From positions 33,744-97,743 of the forward strand of contig CAVOVJ010000012.1 in assembly GCA_963699835.1 (NCBI GenBank): a stretch of 64,000 nt of DNA. The letters are read 5' to 3'. The stretch is from an uncultured Gammaproteobacteria bacterium. GTDB lineage: Bacteria; Pseudomonadota; Gammaproteobacteria; Steroidobacterales; BM003. Below are positions 12,108-20,832 of the stretch, in pieces. Made by a program: the position numbers and the translations under genes. Within the stretch, counting starts at the first letter, position 1, and each line of letters opens with the position of its first letter. Under the pieces are notes generated by a model. The model worked only from the letters and a program-made list of their open reading frames with translations, did not search any database and had not been told where the DNA came from.

Positions 12108-13427
12108 ATGAGGAACAGACGGATAACCGCGGGCGCATTGCTTGCCGTGTTCGGGTTTGCGTTGCTTGCAGCCGGCCCGGTCAGCGCCGAACTGCGGATC
12201 GAGATTACCAAAGGTGTCAGCGGTGCGGTGCCGATCGCGGTGGTGCCGTTCGGCTGGCGTGTCGACGGAGTCAGCCCGGGCGAGGACGTTGCAGCGATCG
12301 TGGCTGCGGATCTCGCCCGCAGCGGCCGATTCGAGCCGATGCCGCGGTCGCAAATGCTGGAAACGCCGACCACCGGCGCAGAGGTGGATTTTCAGGACTG
12401 GCGCCTGCTGAATTCACAAATCCTGGTGATCGGGCAGGTTACGCCGGCAGGTCCCGATGCAGTGTCGATTCAGTTCCAGGTTTTCGATATCTTTCGCAGT
12501 GATCAGATTCTCGGTTACCGCATGAATGCGCCGCTCGACCGCCTGCGCGGTGCCTCGCATCGTATCGCCGATATGATTTTCGAGAAACTGACAGGCGTGG
12601 CGGGGGCGTTTGCGACCCGAATTGCCTATATCACCGTGGATCGAGAGGGCGACGGACAACGCTATCGGCTCGTCGTCGCTGACTCCGACGGGGAAAATCC
12701 CAAGGTCATTGCCGACTCTGCCGACCCGATCATGTCTCCGGCTTGGTCGCCGGACGGGCGCAAACTTGCCTATGTCTCGTTCGAAGGCGGGCGCTCGCAG
12801 GTCTACGTGCAGGTACTACGCACCGGATTCCGCGAAAGCGTGTCGAAACGGATGGGTGTCAACGGCGCGCCGGCATGGCATCCGTCTGGTAAATCGCTGG
12901 CCCTGACGCTATCTGAAGGCGATGGTAATCTCGATATCTATACGCTGGATCTCGCCAGTGGCCGTTTGCAACAGGTGACCCGGCATTCGGCGATTGATAC
13001 CGAGCCCGAATGGACTCCCGATGGCCAGGATATTTTGTTCACGTCGGATCGTGCCGGCGGGCCGCAGATCTATCGGGTGCCGGCGGGCGGAGGCGAGATC
13101 GAGAGGATCACGTTCGAAGGCAACTACAATGCGCGGGCGCGGATGTCCCCGGACGGCAAGCGTATCGCGGTAGTGCACAATGACCGCGGTAATTACCGTA
13201 TTGCCGTCGTGGATATAAACCGCCGCAGCGCCCAGGTGTTGTCCGAGGGACGTCTCGACGAAGCGCCGAGTTTCGCCCCGAACGGCGCCGCCCTGATCTA
13301 CGCCAGTCGCAGGGATGGCAGCGGGATGCTCGAGACGGTATCGGTAGATGGCCTGGTGCGTGGCCGGATCAGTTCCCCGGGTACAGATGTCCGCGAACCG
13401 GTCTGGTCGCCGTATCCGCCCAACTAG
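12108..13427 (+). CDS. tolB: Tol-Pal system beta-propeller protein TolB
   Basis: Signal peptide MRNRRITAGALLAVFGFALLAAGPVSA/E, repeated SP(A/D)W/GxxLA(Y/F) propeller blades. ORF opens at 12075, ATG at 12108 preferred. Confidence 0.95.
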   Translation: MRNRRITAGALLAVFGFALLAAGPVSAELRIEITKGVSGAVPIAVVPFGWRVDGVSPGEDVAAIVAADLARSGRFEPMPRSQMLETPTTGAEVDFQDWRLLNSQILVIGQVTPAGPDAVSIQFQVFDIFRSDQILGYRMNAPLDRLRGASHRIADMIFEKLTGVAGAFATRIAYITVDREGDGQRYRLVVADSDGENPKVIADSADPIMSPAWSPDGRKLAYVSFEGGRSQVYVQVLRTGFRESVSKRMGVNGAPAWHPSGKSLALTLSEGDGNLDIYTLDLASGRLQQVTRHSAIDTEPEWTPDGQDILFTSDRAGGPQIYRVPAGGGEIERITFEGNYNARARMSPDGKRIAVVHNDRGNYRIAVVDINRRSAQVLSEGRLDEAPSFAPNGAALIYASRRDGSGMLETVSVDGLVRGRISSPGTDVREPVWSPYPPN

Positions 13428-13499
13428 CGGCTGCGATAGAATTGACGCCCGAGCTTGCAGGCTATTTTTTTGGCTTTATCTTCTGAGAGAAACTTATTC

Positions 13500-14053
13500 A
13501 TGAAAATTCGATTGATCTTTATCCTCGCGACCTGTGGATGGCTGGCAGCCGGCTGTCAGACCGTGCCTGTCGACGAACCAACAACGGGGCGGGTACGGCC
13601 ACGTCGGGATCGGCCGGCGCTGACGGTGCCCAGACCAGCGGCGTTGGCGATGATGGGGGTTTCTCGGGTTTGGATCTCGACGGCAGCCAGGCTGGTGGGA
13701 TCGGGATGCAGGGGGATCCGCTGCTCGAGACGAGGGTGATTCTTTTCGACTACGATAGCAGCGAGGTTCGCTCGGACTTCAATGATGTTCTGGCCGCACA
13801 TGCGGCCTATCTTGCGGCCAACCCCGATGTTCTGGTCCGTCTGGAAGGGCATGCCGATGAGCGTGGATCGCGTGAATACAACATCGGTCTCGGCGAGAGT
13901 CGTGCGCAGGCCGTGCGCCGCATACTGGTGTTGCAGGCCGTCAATTCATCACAGATCAGGACGGTCAGTTTTGGCGAGGAGCGTCCGGCCATGTTCGGTA
14001 CCAGTGAAGAAGCATGGGAGCGTAACCGTCGCGTCGAGATTGTCTACCCATGA
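13500..14053 (+). pseudogene. pal: peptidoglycan-associated lipoprotein Pal, frame broken by a 1-nt deficit in the G-runs near 13586-13593 (true lesion or sequence error)
   Basis: Lipoprotein signal MKIRLIFILATCGWLAAGC is in frame 3. The Gly/Ser linker and OmpA-like domain (VILFDYDSSEV...LEGHADERGSREYNIGLGESRA...NRRVEIVY) are in frame 2. Span is 554 nt = 3n-1. Confidence 0.85.
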
Positions 14054-14841
14054 GCTGGCACGATCGCAATCTCTCCGCACTGGCGGCGACCGTAGTGGCC
14101 GGCTTCCTGGTATCCGGTTGTACCACGATGGCGAGTACCCAGCCCGATCCGACCGAAGTGAAGGTGGCGGAGCTGGAGCAACGTGTCAATATGGTCGAAC
14201 GCAGGGTAGATAACGAATCGCTGATCCAGATGAACAGCGAGATCGCGAGCCTAGAGGAACAGGTGCGCGGACTGCGTGGAGTCGTCGAGCAACTGCAGTT
14301 CGAACTCGACTCTGCGCGGAAGCAGCAACGCGACCTCTATATGGACCTGGACGGCCGGATCCAGTCGCTCCAGGGTGGTTCCGGGTCTGCGGCGGCTGTG
14401 CCGGCTGCCGCTGCTGGTTCGGCGTCCGCGGCGGGCATCGCCGTTGCCGCCACAGCTTCTGAACAGGATGCGTATCAGGCGGCGTTCGAATTGCTGAAAC
14501 AGGGTCGATACGACGAGGCGGCCGGCGGGTTTCAGCGCTTTCTCGACGCCTATCCGCAAAGTAACCTGGCGGACAACGCGCATTACTGGTTTGCCGAGAC
14601 TTTCTACGTCACACGCAAGTTCGCTGAGGCTCGCGCGGCATTCCAGGTTGTCGTCGACAAGTTTCCGATGTCCAGGAAGATGGCCGATGCGCTGCTGAAA
14701 ATCGGCTTCTGTAATTACGAATTGCAACAATGGCAGGATGCGCGTAGCGCGTTGAATCGCGTCGTTGCGGAGTACCCTGACAGTACCGCCGCACGGCTTG
14801 CGAATCAGCGGCTGCAACGCATGAACAGCGAGGGTCATTGA
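14050..14841 (+). CDS. cpoB: cell division coordinator CpoB (YbgF), TPR protein
   Basis: Signal/lipobox-like N-terminus, coiled coil (VAELEQRVNMVERRV...LQFELDSARKQQRDLY), C-terminal TPR (YQAAFELLKQGRYDEAAGGFQRFLDAYPQS...). Confidence 0.9.
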   Translation: MSWHDRNLSALAATVVAGFLVSGCTTMASTQPDPTEVKVAELEQRVNMVERRVDNESLIQMNSEIASLEEQVRGLRGVVEQLQFELDSARKQQRDLYMDLDGRIQSLQGGSGSAAAVPAAAAGSASAAGIAVAATASEQDAYQAAFELLKQGRYDEAAGGFQRFLDAYPQSNLADNAHYWFAETFYVTRKFAEARAAFQVVVDKFPMSRKMADALLKIGFCNYELQQWQDARSALNRVVAEYPDSTAARLANQRLQRMNSEGH

Positions 14842-14863
14842 TCCGCGCGATCGGCCGGGCGGC

Positions 14864-15569
14864 GTGAGCGCAGAGTCCGGTGTAGCCACCGCAATGAACG
14901 TATCCGGCAAGAGTCAGTTGCCAGCCGACGAACGGCTGAAGATCAGCGAGATTTTCTACTCGCTTCAGGGCGAGGCTGCCAGCAGTGGCAAGCCAACCGT
15001 TTTCGTGCGGCTGACCGGTTGTCCGTTGCGCTGCACCTACTGCGATACCGAGTACGCATTTTTTGGCGGCGAATGGGTGAGTTTCGATGCCATTGTCGAG
15101 CGCATCAGGCGGCACGGAATCAACCGGGTTTGCGTCACGGGTGGGGAGCCCTTGGCGCAAAAGAACTGCATCGGGTTTTTGCACAGGCTGTGCGACGACG
15201 GTTTCGATGTCTCGATCGAAACCGCCGGTGCGCATGATGTCTCCGCGGTTGACGCCCGGGTTGTCCGGGTCGTGGATATAAAGACTCCGGGCTCTGGCGA
15301 GCATCACCGCAACCGCGGCGAAATCATTGCGGATCTTTGCGATCGGGATTTGCTCAAGTTTGTCATCTGCGATCGACGCGACTATGAATGGTCGCGCCAG
15401 CAGGTGGTCGACAAACGGCTGGATCAGGTGTGTGAGGTTCTGTTCTCGCCATCCTTCGGGCAGCAGGACCCAACTTCGCTTGGCGGAGTGGATCCTCGAG
15501 GACCGCTTGCCTGTGCGGTTGCAGCTGCAGTTGCACAAACAGCTTTGGGGTGAGGAAAAAGGCCGGTGA
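14864..15569 (+). pseudogene. queE: 7-carboxy-7-deazaguanine synthase QueE (radical SAM), frame broken by one extra base near 15461-15480 (true lesion or sequence error)
   Basis: IFYSLQGEA...VFVRLTGCPLRCTYCDT is in frame 2. The conserved C-terminus LAEWILEDRLPVRLQLQLHKQLWG is in frame 3. Span is 706 nt = 3n+1. The frame-3 stop overlaps the queC start (GTGA). Confidence 0.85.
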
Positions 15570-16249
15570 GCGATTTGCGTAATCCCGGGGCCGTGGTGCT
15601 GTTGTCGGGCGGGCTTGATTCGGCGACGCTCCTGGCGCTCGCCATGGAGCGCGGGTACGAATGCCACGCGCTGAGTTGCTTCTACGGTCAGAGGCATCAA
15701 TCGGAGTTGCGTGCGGCGGCGCGGGTGGCGCGGGCGCTTGGCGCAAGCGCGCACAAGGTAATGGGTATCGATCTGGCGGGGATGGGGGGGTCAGCGCTGA
15801 CCGATCCGGCGATTGCAGTGCCGGAGACGCCTGGCAGCGGGATCCCCGTTACCTATGTTCCGGCGCGTAATACGATCTTTCTTGCTCTTGCGCTGGGCTG
15901 GGCCGAAGTTCTCGGCGCCACCGATATTTTTATCGGTGTCAACGCGGTCGATTACTCCGGTTACCCGGACTGCCGGCCGGCGTTTATCGCAGCTTTTCAG
16001 AAATTGGCGGCGGTGGCCACCCGGGCGGGTCTCGCAGGGGATGGGGCGACGATTCATGCTCCACTGATCGAGCTCAGCAAGGAGGAGATTATCGGACTGG
16101 GGCGCAGCCTCGGGGTCGACTATGCGCTGACCGTTTCCTGCTATAACGCCGACGAGGAAGGTCGCGCATGTGGTAAATGCGACTCCTGCAGAATTCGGCG
16201 TGAGGGTTTTGCGGCAGCCCGAATCGCGGACCCGACCCGATACCGCTAG
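15566..16249 (+). CDS. queC: 7-cyano-7-deazaguanine synthase QueC
   Basis: PP-loop [12 protein letters not shown] and C-terminal zinc cysteines [17 protein letters not shown]. 227 aa. Confidence 0.95.
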   Translation: MSDLRNPGAVVLLSGGLDSATLLALAMERGYECHALSCFYGQRHQSELRAAARVARALGASAHKVMGIDLAGMGGSALTDPAIAVPETPGSGIPVTYVPARNTIFLALALGWAEVLGATDIFIGVNAVDYSGYPDCRPAFIAAFQKLAAVATRAGLAGDGATIHAPLIELSKEEIIGLGRSLGVDYALTVSCYNADEEGRACGKCDSCRIRREGFAAARIADPTRYR

Positions 16250-16250
16250 C

Positions 16251-17324
16251 TCAGGAAAGCAGCCCGTCGTGCTGGTCTTGCGACCAGATCCGCCAGGTAA
16301 CCGCGGCGAGTAACGCGCCGACCGGCCCCAGAAGAATGCCAAAGTGGAGCAGCCCCTGGATCAGATCGCGCCGATCAAACAGCAAAAAAATCACTGCTAC
16401 GAGCAGTAATTGCAGCGCCCAGCCGGCCGCGGCGCTGCGCAGGGTTTCGCGACTCGGCCCTGCCAGCGTGCTGATAATCGCGCCGATCAGACCCCAGCAT
16501 AATGCAATCACCAGCGCTGCCACGCTGGTCGCGAGCGGCTCATAAGGCGGAAATTCACGTATTGCCGCATAGGCATAGGTCGTTGCATGGGTCGCGACGA
16601 ATCCGGCCGCCGCCGCGGCTGTCGCAACCTTAATCGCAACAGGCAGCAGATGGCGCACCGGTGCCGCCCAGTCATCCGCGTCATCGTTTTCGTCTGCTTC
16701 CGCCGCAGACTCATCCGCACCAGGTTCGGGCTCCGAATCCTCCTCGATCAAAATCGCCCGAGCGGATGTCTCCGGATCGACACTGCCCTGCGCCAGCAAG
16801 GCGTCGCGGCGCTCGTCGAGTTCTCGGGCAAGCCGCGCGCGATTGATTTCATTCAGTTGCGCTTCGATCCCGCGGACCAGTTGCTCCGTGTCGGGTCCGA
16901 AACCGACGTGGCTGATGCGGGCTCCATGGCGCCGTGCGAGCGCGCCCAGATCCTTGGGTAGTTCGTCTTCGCGCGGCGCATTTGCCCCTTCCACGAAAAC
17001 CGGAATGATAGGTATATTGCGCTTCAGTGCCGCGAGTATTTCCAGTCTCACATAGTCTTTCGGGTCGTCGAGTCGGCGCTGGCCCTTGGCGTCTTTTGCC
17101 GTTAGCCAGTCCGGACCGATCACGACCAGCATCAGGTCGCAGGCACTGACGGATTCCTCGATTTTCTCGACAAAATCGGTACCGAGCGGAATCGCATCGA
17201 TATCGAAAAAGATGTCTTTCTCATTGAATTTATCGCACAGCCGGTCATGGATGCGACCGGTTGCATGCGAGGCGTCCGCGCGTCGGTAGCTCAGAAAAAT
17301 GCGCCCACTCATCGTTGCGCCCAC
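16251..17324 (-). CDS. TIR domain protein with acidic linker and four C-terminal transmembrane helices
   Basis: N-terminal ~140 aa: IFLSYRRADASH..., DIFFDIDAIPLGTDF, CDLMLVVIGPDWL, conserved Glu in DYVRLEILAAL, IPIIPVFV (TIR_2-like pattern). Then EEDSEPEPGADESAAEADENDDADDW, then 4 hydrophobic helices. Start may be the ATG at 17312. Confidence 0.8.
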   Translation of the reverse strand: MGATMSGRIFLSYRRADASHATGRIHDRLCDKFNEKDIFFDIDAIPLGTDFVEKIEESVSACDLMLVVIGPDWLTAKDAKGQRRLDDPKDYVRLEILAALKRNIPIIPVFVEGANAPREDELPKDLGALARRHGARISHVGFGPDTEQLVRGIEAQLNEINRARLARELDERRDALLAQGSVDPETSARAILIEEDSEPEPGADESAAEADENDDADDWAAPVRHLLPVAIKVATAAAAAGFVATHATTYAYAAIREFPPYEPLATSVAALVIALCWGLIGAIISTLAGPSRETLRSAAAGWALQLLLVAVIFLLFDRRDLIQGLLHFGILLGPVGALLAAVTWRIWSQDQHDGLLS

Positions 17325-17770
17325 CGCTGCTGATTTCGCCGGCTAGTGGCCGCGCGACGGCCATCCAGTTCTGTCCCGTGGTCCCGATCACGCATGGAAT
17401 TCCGATTTCCCGTGCGGCCTGCATCTATTTGCGGGTTTAAAAATAAGCCCCAGGTCTATGTTTCGTAAAGCCCCGCGAACTGATTTCGGCGGAATGAACA
17501 GTACCCGGATACACTTTCTGATGTCTCAGGAATGAGTTTGCCTGGATTGCGAAAGGCGCCAAGCGACTGAATTTTTGGGTGAGTAGCGCTGGTGAGAATC
17601 GGTGCCGGCGACAGCGCGCCAGAGCTCAATCGCCACTATCGCGGCAGCGCGCCTACTCAGGCATAGCGCAATGCCGGACAATTCCGTAAAATGCCGCCCT
17701 CTTCCCTGAGAGAGGTGCCGGAATCGCGTTGTGACGCGCCGTATTCGGGTGCGAAGGGGACTTCCCCGGG

Positions 17771-17846
17771 GGGCCGTTAGCTCAGTTGGTAGAGCAGCTG
17801 GCTTTTAACCAGTTGGTCGTAGGTTCGAATCCTACACGGCCCACCA
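17771..17846 (+). tRNA. tRNA-Lys (anticodon UUU)
   Basis: 76-nt cloverleaf folded by hand. Acceptor GGGCCGT/ACGGCCC, D arm GCTC/GAGC, anticodon stem GCTGG/CCAGT with loop CTTTTAA, T arm GTAGG-TTCGAAT-CCTAC, encoded CCA. Confidence 0.95.
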
Positions 17847-18301
17847 TTTCTTAAATAAAAACAATAAATAAAAATGGTTTATTGAAGCTTATTCTCGATT
17901 ATACCGATCCGGATATCAAGGACCGTAAACGTAGCCAATGACGCGTTCGCCCGAGTGGCGCGCTCTACTCGAAAATGAACCTGGTCGGATTTTCCGGGCT
18001 GGTCCATGTCGGCACATCCCGGCGCAGGCCTCAGCGCGCCGGTGTTGGTCAACGAGGGGATGGCGACGGCGTAATTTTTGATACTCCGCCGTTTCGGTTC
18101 GCGATCAGATACTAAGATCGCGTAGACGCCAAGGCACTGCGTTGTTGCAGCTATCCGCCGGTTTGAGGTATCCGGGCCGGGCGGGCAGTTCAAGGTGAAG
18201 TCGCAAGCGTTACTCCACAAAGTCGGCTGGCGATCGACGCTTGCGGGGATCCCCGCAACCCACCGGCAATTGCGCAATCAGGCGCGGAACCGGCGGTGCA
18301 T

Positions 18302-18817
18302 TCAATGCTCGAGTGATATCGCGAAAAGCATGGGCCGTTCGTCTTCGAAATCCACGTCGGAGCAAAATTTCTTACCCAACTTTGTCGCGACGTTGACCGA
18401 CGCGTCATTGCCGTCGAGGATCAGCGCGGCGATTTTGTCGAGCCCGAGCGCTTCGCCCGCATGGGCGAGGTTCGCGGCACCGGCCTCGGTCGCATATCCC
18501 TTGCCCCAATGCCGCTCCTTGTAGCGGTAGCCGAGTTCGTCCATGCCAATTTGGGGCAGGTGCTTAATACCGCTGAATCCGATCACTTCGCCGGTGCTTT
18601 TCTATACCACTGCGAGGCGGCCATAGCCGTAATTTTCATAATCGGCGAACGTTGCTTCGCGCATGCAGCGACGCGCCTCTTTGAGATCGTGAAAGGGTTG
18701 CGGTTGCGCAAAACGGATGACATCCGGGTCGCTACCGAGTTCGTAAAAGTCCGCGCTATCGTTGGGAGTGAAGCGGTGCAACAGAAGACGTTCGGTTTCA
18801 ATCCCTGTCGCCGTCAT
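18302..18817 (-). pseudogene. GNAT (RimJ/RimL-like) N-acetyltransferase interrupted by an in-frame TAG at 18602-18604
   Basis: The two ORF-track pieces (18602-18880 and 18302-18586) are in the same frame. Read-through gives ...YGYGRLAVV*KSTGEVIGFSGIKHL...ELGYRYKERHWGKGYATEA. A Glu codon (GAG) would fit the family at the stop position. Confidence 0.75.
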
Positions 18818-18937
18818 TTCTCTCGCCGGTGATTGCAAAGCGGTGTGGCCAAGGTCCGTTTCCGTGTGTCCAGCACCCAACCAGGCCGCGGCCAGGCACT
18901 GCTGAGGACAAGGCCCGGCATGCTCGCGGTGCGCTGG

Positions 18938-20098
18938 TCAGCCACAAAATTCCTCGTAATCCATGTAGCCGGGAAATTCGCCATGCCCCGAGCAATACCG
19001 GCAGCTCGGGTCGGGCCGGATACGATGGGTCGTAAACCGTGTCTGGAGCGCGTCGTAGTGGAGCAGCCGTGATGTCAGCGGGTCGCCGAGCCCAAGCAAC
19101 AACTTCAGCGTTTCCGTTGCCTGCAGCAGGCCGATGACCCCGGGTAGGACTCCCAGCACGCCAGCTTCGCCACAACTCGGGGCGAGTTCCGGCGGAGGCG
19201 GTTGCGGATAGAGGCAGCGATAGCAGGGAGTGGGTGCGCCCGGTTGCGCAGGCCAGAACACTGATGCCTGGCCTTCGAAGCGGAATACGGATCCATAAAC
19301 GTTCGGCAGCCCGAGTCGGACGCAAGCGTCGTTGATCAGATAGCGGGTAGGGAAATTGTCGCTCCCATCCACAATGACATCGTGACCCGCAAAGAGGTCC
19401 TCGACATTTTCGCTGACGAGTTTCTTGCCAACGGCATTGACCCGGACATCAGGATTGAGCGCCCTGAGACGTGCCCTTGCTGCTTCCGTTTTGGGTATCC
19501 CGGTGTTTGAGTCCGAATAAAGGACCTGGCGTTGCAGATTGCTGCGATCAACCACGTCGTGGTCGACCAGCGTCAGTGTGCCGACCCCGGCCGCAGCCAG
19601 GTACAGCGCGACCGGCGATCCCAATCCGCCGGCGCCGGCAATCAGGACGCGGCTGCGCAACAACGTGTTTTGCCCATCCAGTCCGATCTCCGGCAATAAC
19701 AGGTGGCGTGCGTAACGCTGACGCTCATTCGCGCCCAAGCTGACCGGGACATCGATGGGAAGTTGTTCGGATTTCCAGCGCAGGAATCCGCCCGCAACAG
19801 AACGAACGTCGCGGTATCCGACATTCAGCAGGTTGTCCGCTGCCAGCAGAGAGCGCACTCCGCTGTTACACAGCAGGAGAACGGTTGCATCGAGATCGGG
19901 CGCATGATCCTCGATATGGAGTTCGAGCCGATCGCGGTTCAGCAGTGCGGCCCCCGCAGGTATGCCCATGGCGGTTTCTTCCGCTGTGCGGATGTCGATC
20001 AGTACGGCGCCGCTGCTGTGCAAAGCCTTTGCTGCGGACGGAGAGACTTCGACAATCTTCTCTCTGAGGCGCGCCAGCGTGGTGTCCTTAAGGCTCAT
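18938..20098 (-). CDS. rhodanese::ThiF/MoeB-type adenylyltransferase (E1-like sulfurtransferase), rhodanese N-terminal
   Basis: N-terminal rhodanese with active-site loop LLLCNSGVRS. E1 core RYARHLLLPEIG...IAGAGGLGSPVALYLAAAGVG...DRSNLQRQ. Zinc pairs CYRC and CRYC. Start overlaps the upstream stop (ATGA). Confidence 0.85.
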   Translation of the reverse strand: MSLKDTTLARLREKIVEVSPSAAKALHSSGAVLIDIRTAEETAMGIPAGAALLNRDRLELHIEDHAPDLDATVLLLCNSGVRSLLAADNLLNVGYRDVRSVAGGFLRWKSEQLPIDVPVSLGANERQRYARHLLLPEIGLDGQNTLLRSRVLIAGAGGLGSPVALYLAAAGVGTLTLVDHDVVDRSNLQRQVLYSDSNTGIPKTEAARARLRALNPDVRVNAVGKKLVSENVEDLFAGHDVIVDGSDNFPTRYLINDACVRLGLPNVYGSVFRFEGQASVFWPAQPGAPTPCYRCLYPQPPPPELAPSCGEAGVLGVLPGVIGLLQATETLKLLLGLGDPLTSRLLHYDALQTRFTTHRIRPDPSCRYCSGHGEFPGYMDYEEFCG

Positions 20099-20379
20099 GA
20101 CCGGCCTCCCGCCACGGCTGGAATAATCGTTATGATATCCCCGTCAGCGAGCGCGGTTGCCAGCCCTTCGGCATCGCGGATATTTGTTTCGCCGACGAAC
20201 ATGTTCACATAGGTCCGGATCGCGCCGTTGTGATCGACAATGCGTTGGCCCAGGAGCGGAAACCTTTGCGATAGCAGCTCGATTACTGCTCCGACACTTG
20301 CGGCCTGCAAATCGAGTTCGGGCAGTCCGTCGGCAAACTCGCGCAGCGCCGCTGGAATTCGAAGAGTGACAGTTGTCAT
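20095..20379 (-). CDS. MoaD/ThiS-family ubiquitin-like sulfur carrier with C-terminal GG-RS extension
   Basis: 95 aa from MTTVTLRIPAALREF..., ends ...GDIITIIPAVAGGRS. ATGA overlaps on both sides. The longer ORF-track start at 20475 lies inside the JAMM gene and is rejected. Confidence 0.8.
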   Translation of the reverse strand: MTTVTLRIPAALREFADGLPELDLQAASVGAVIELLSQRFPLLGQRIVDHNGAIRTYVNMFVGETNIRDAEGLATALADGDIITIIPAVAGGRS

Positions 20380-20813
20380 TGGCTCAGGTTGTCCTCGATC
20401 ATTTTGCCATCCACGAAACGCCAGGCGGCAAAGTCCAACATACCGTCGCTGCCGGGCCCGGCGATCAGATAGCACCAGTCAGGCCAGGCGAGCTCACGAT
20501 CGGTTGCGGAGGGCAGTATCGGGCCATGTGGATGCGAATGCCAGACACCGATGACCTCCTCGTTACGCGTTCGCGCTTCGTTTTCGACGCGAAGAAAATC
20601 GAGCGGGTCGATCTCATAATAACTGCGCGGATCGTCGCGAGTGCAATTTTCAAGGGTGAGTACGGCGTTGACCGTGGCGCGCCCCGGGTGGCGCATGCCG
20701 AGCAGCAGGCCGCACGCTTCGTTTGGCTGCATTGCGGATACCGTTGACCCGATTGAGCGGCGCAGTGAGTCACGAAGGGTAATGGTTATCGATTCGAATC
20801 GGGTCGCTGTCAT
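20376..20813 (-). CDS. JAMM/MPN+ (Mov34) metalloprotease
   Basis: Complete JAMM signature: NEACGLLLG ... WHSHPHGPILPSATD (E, HxH, S-x2-D). 145 aa. Confidence 0.85.
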   Translation of the reverse strand: MTATRFESITITLRDSLRRSIGSTVSAMQPNEACGLLLGMRHPGRATVNAVLTLENCTRDDPRSYYEIDPLDFLRVENEARTRNEEVIGVWHSHPHGPILPSATDRELAWPDWCYLIAGPGSDGMLDFAAWRFVDGKMIEDNLSQ

Positions 20814-20832
20814 CCGTATGTGCCGATGAAGG

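Noticed and set aside
11258-12373. A 371-aa Ser/Arg/Ala-rich minus-strand ORF, and repeat-like periodicity across 11270-11760
   Set aside because: It is antisense to the low-complexity E/K/R/A domain of tolA. The periodicity is degenerate peptide repetition. It is not a nucleotide tandem repeat or a CRISPR-like array.
17939-18115. A remnant of a second GNAT gene on the plus strand (WRALLENEPGR / LVGFSGLVHVG across two frames)
   Set aside because: The resemblance to the W-x-x-x-x-x-x-G-x-hIG-x-x-GL strand is short and requires frameshifts. It could easily be chance, and tblastx would be needed.
20380-20475. A 32-codon N-terminal extension of the MoaD-like ORF (126-aa version in the ORF track)
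   Set aside because: The extension lies entirely inside the JAMM gene in another frame and is Arg-rich. The internal ATG at 20379 gives a canonical ~95-aa beta-grasp protein and an ATGA overlap with the JAMM stop.
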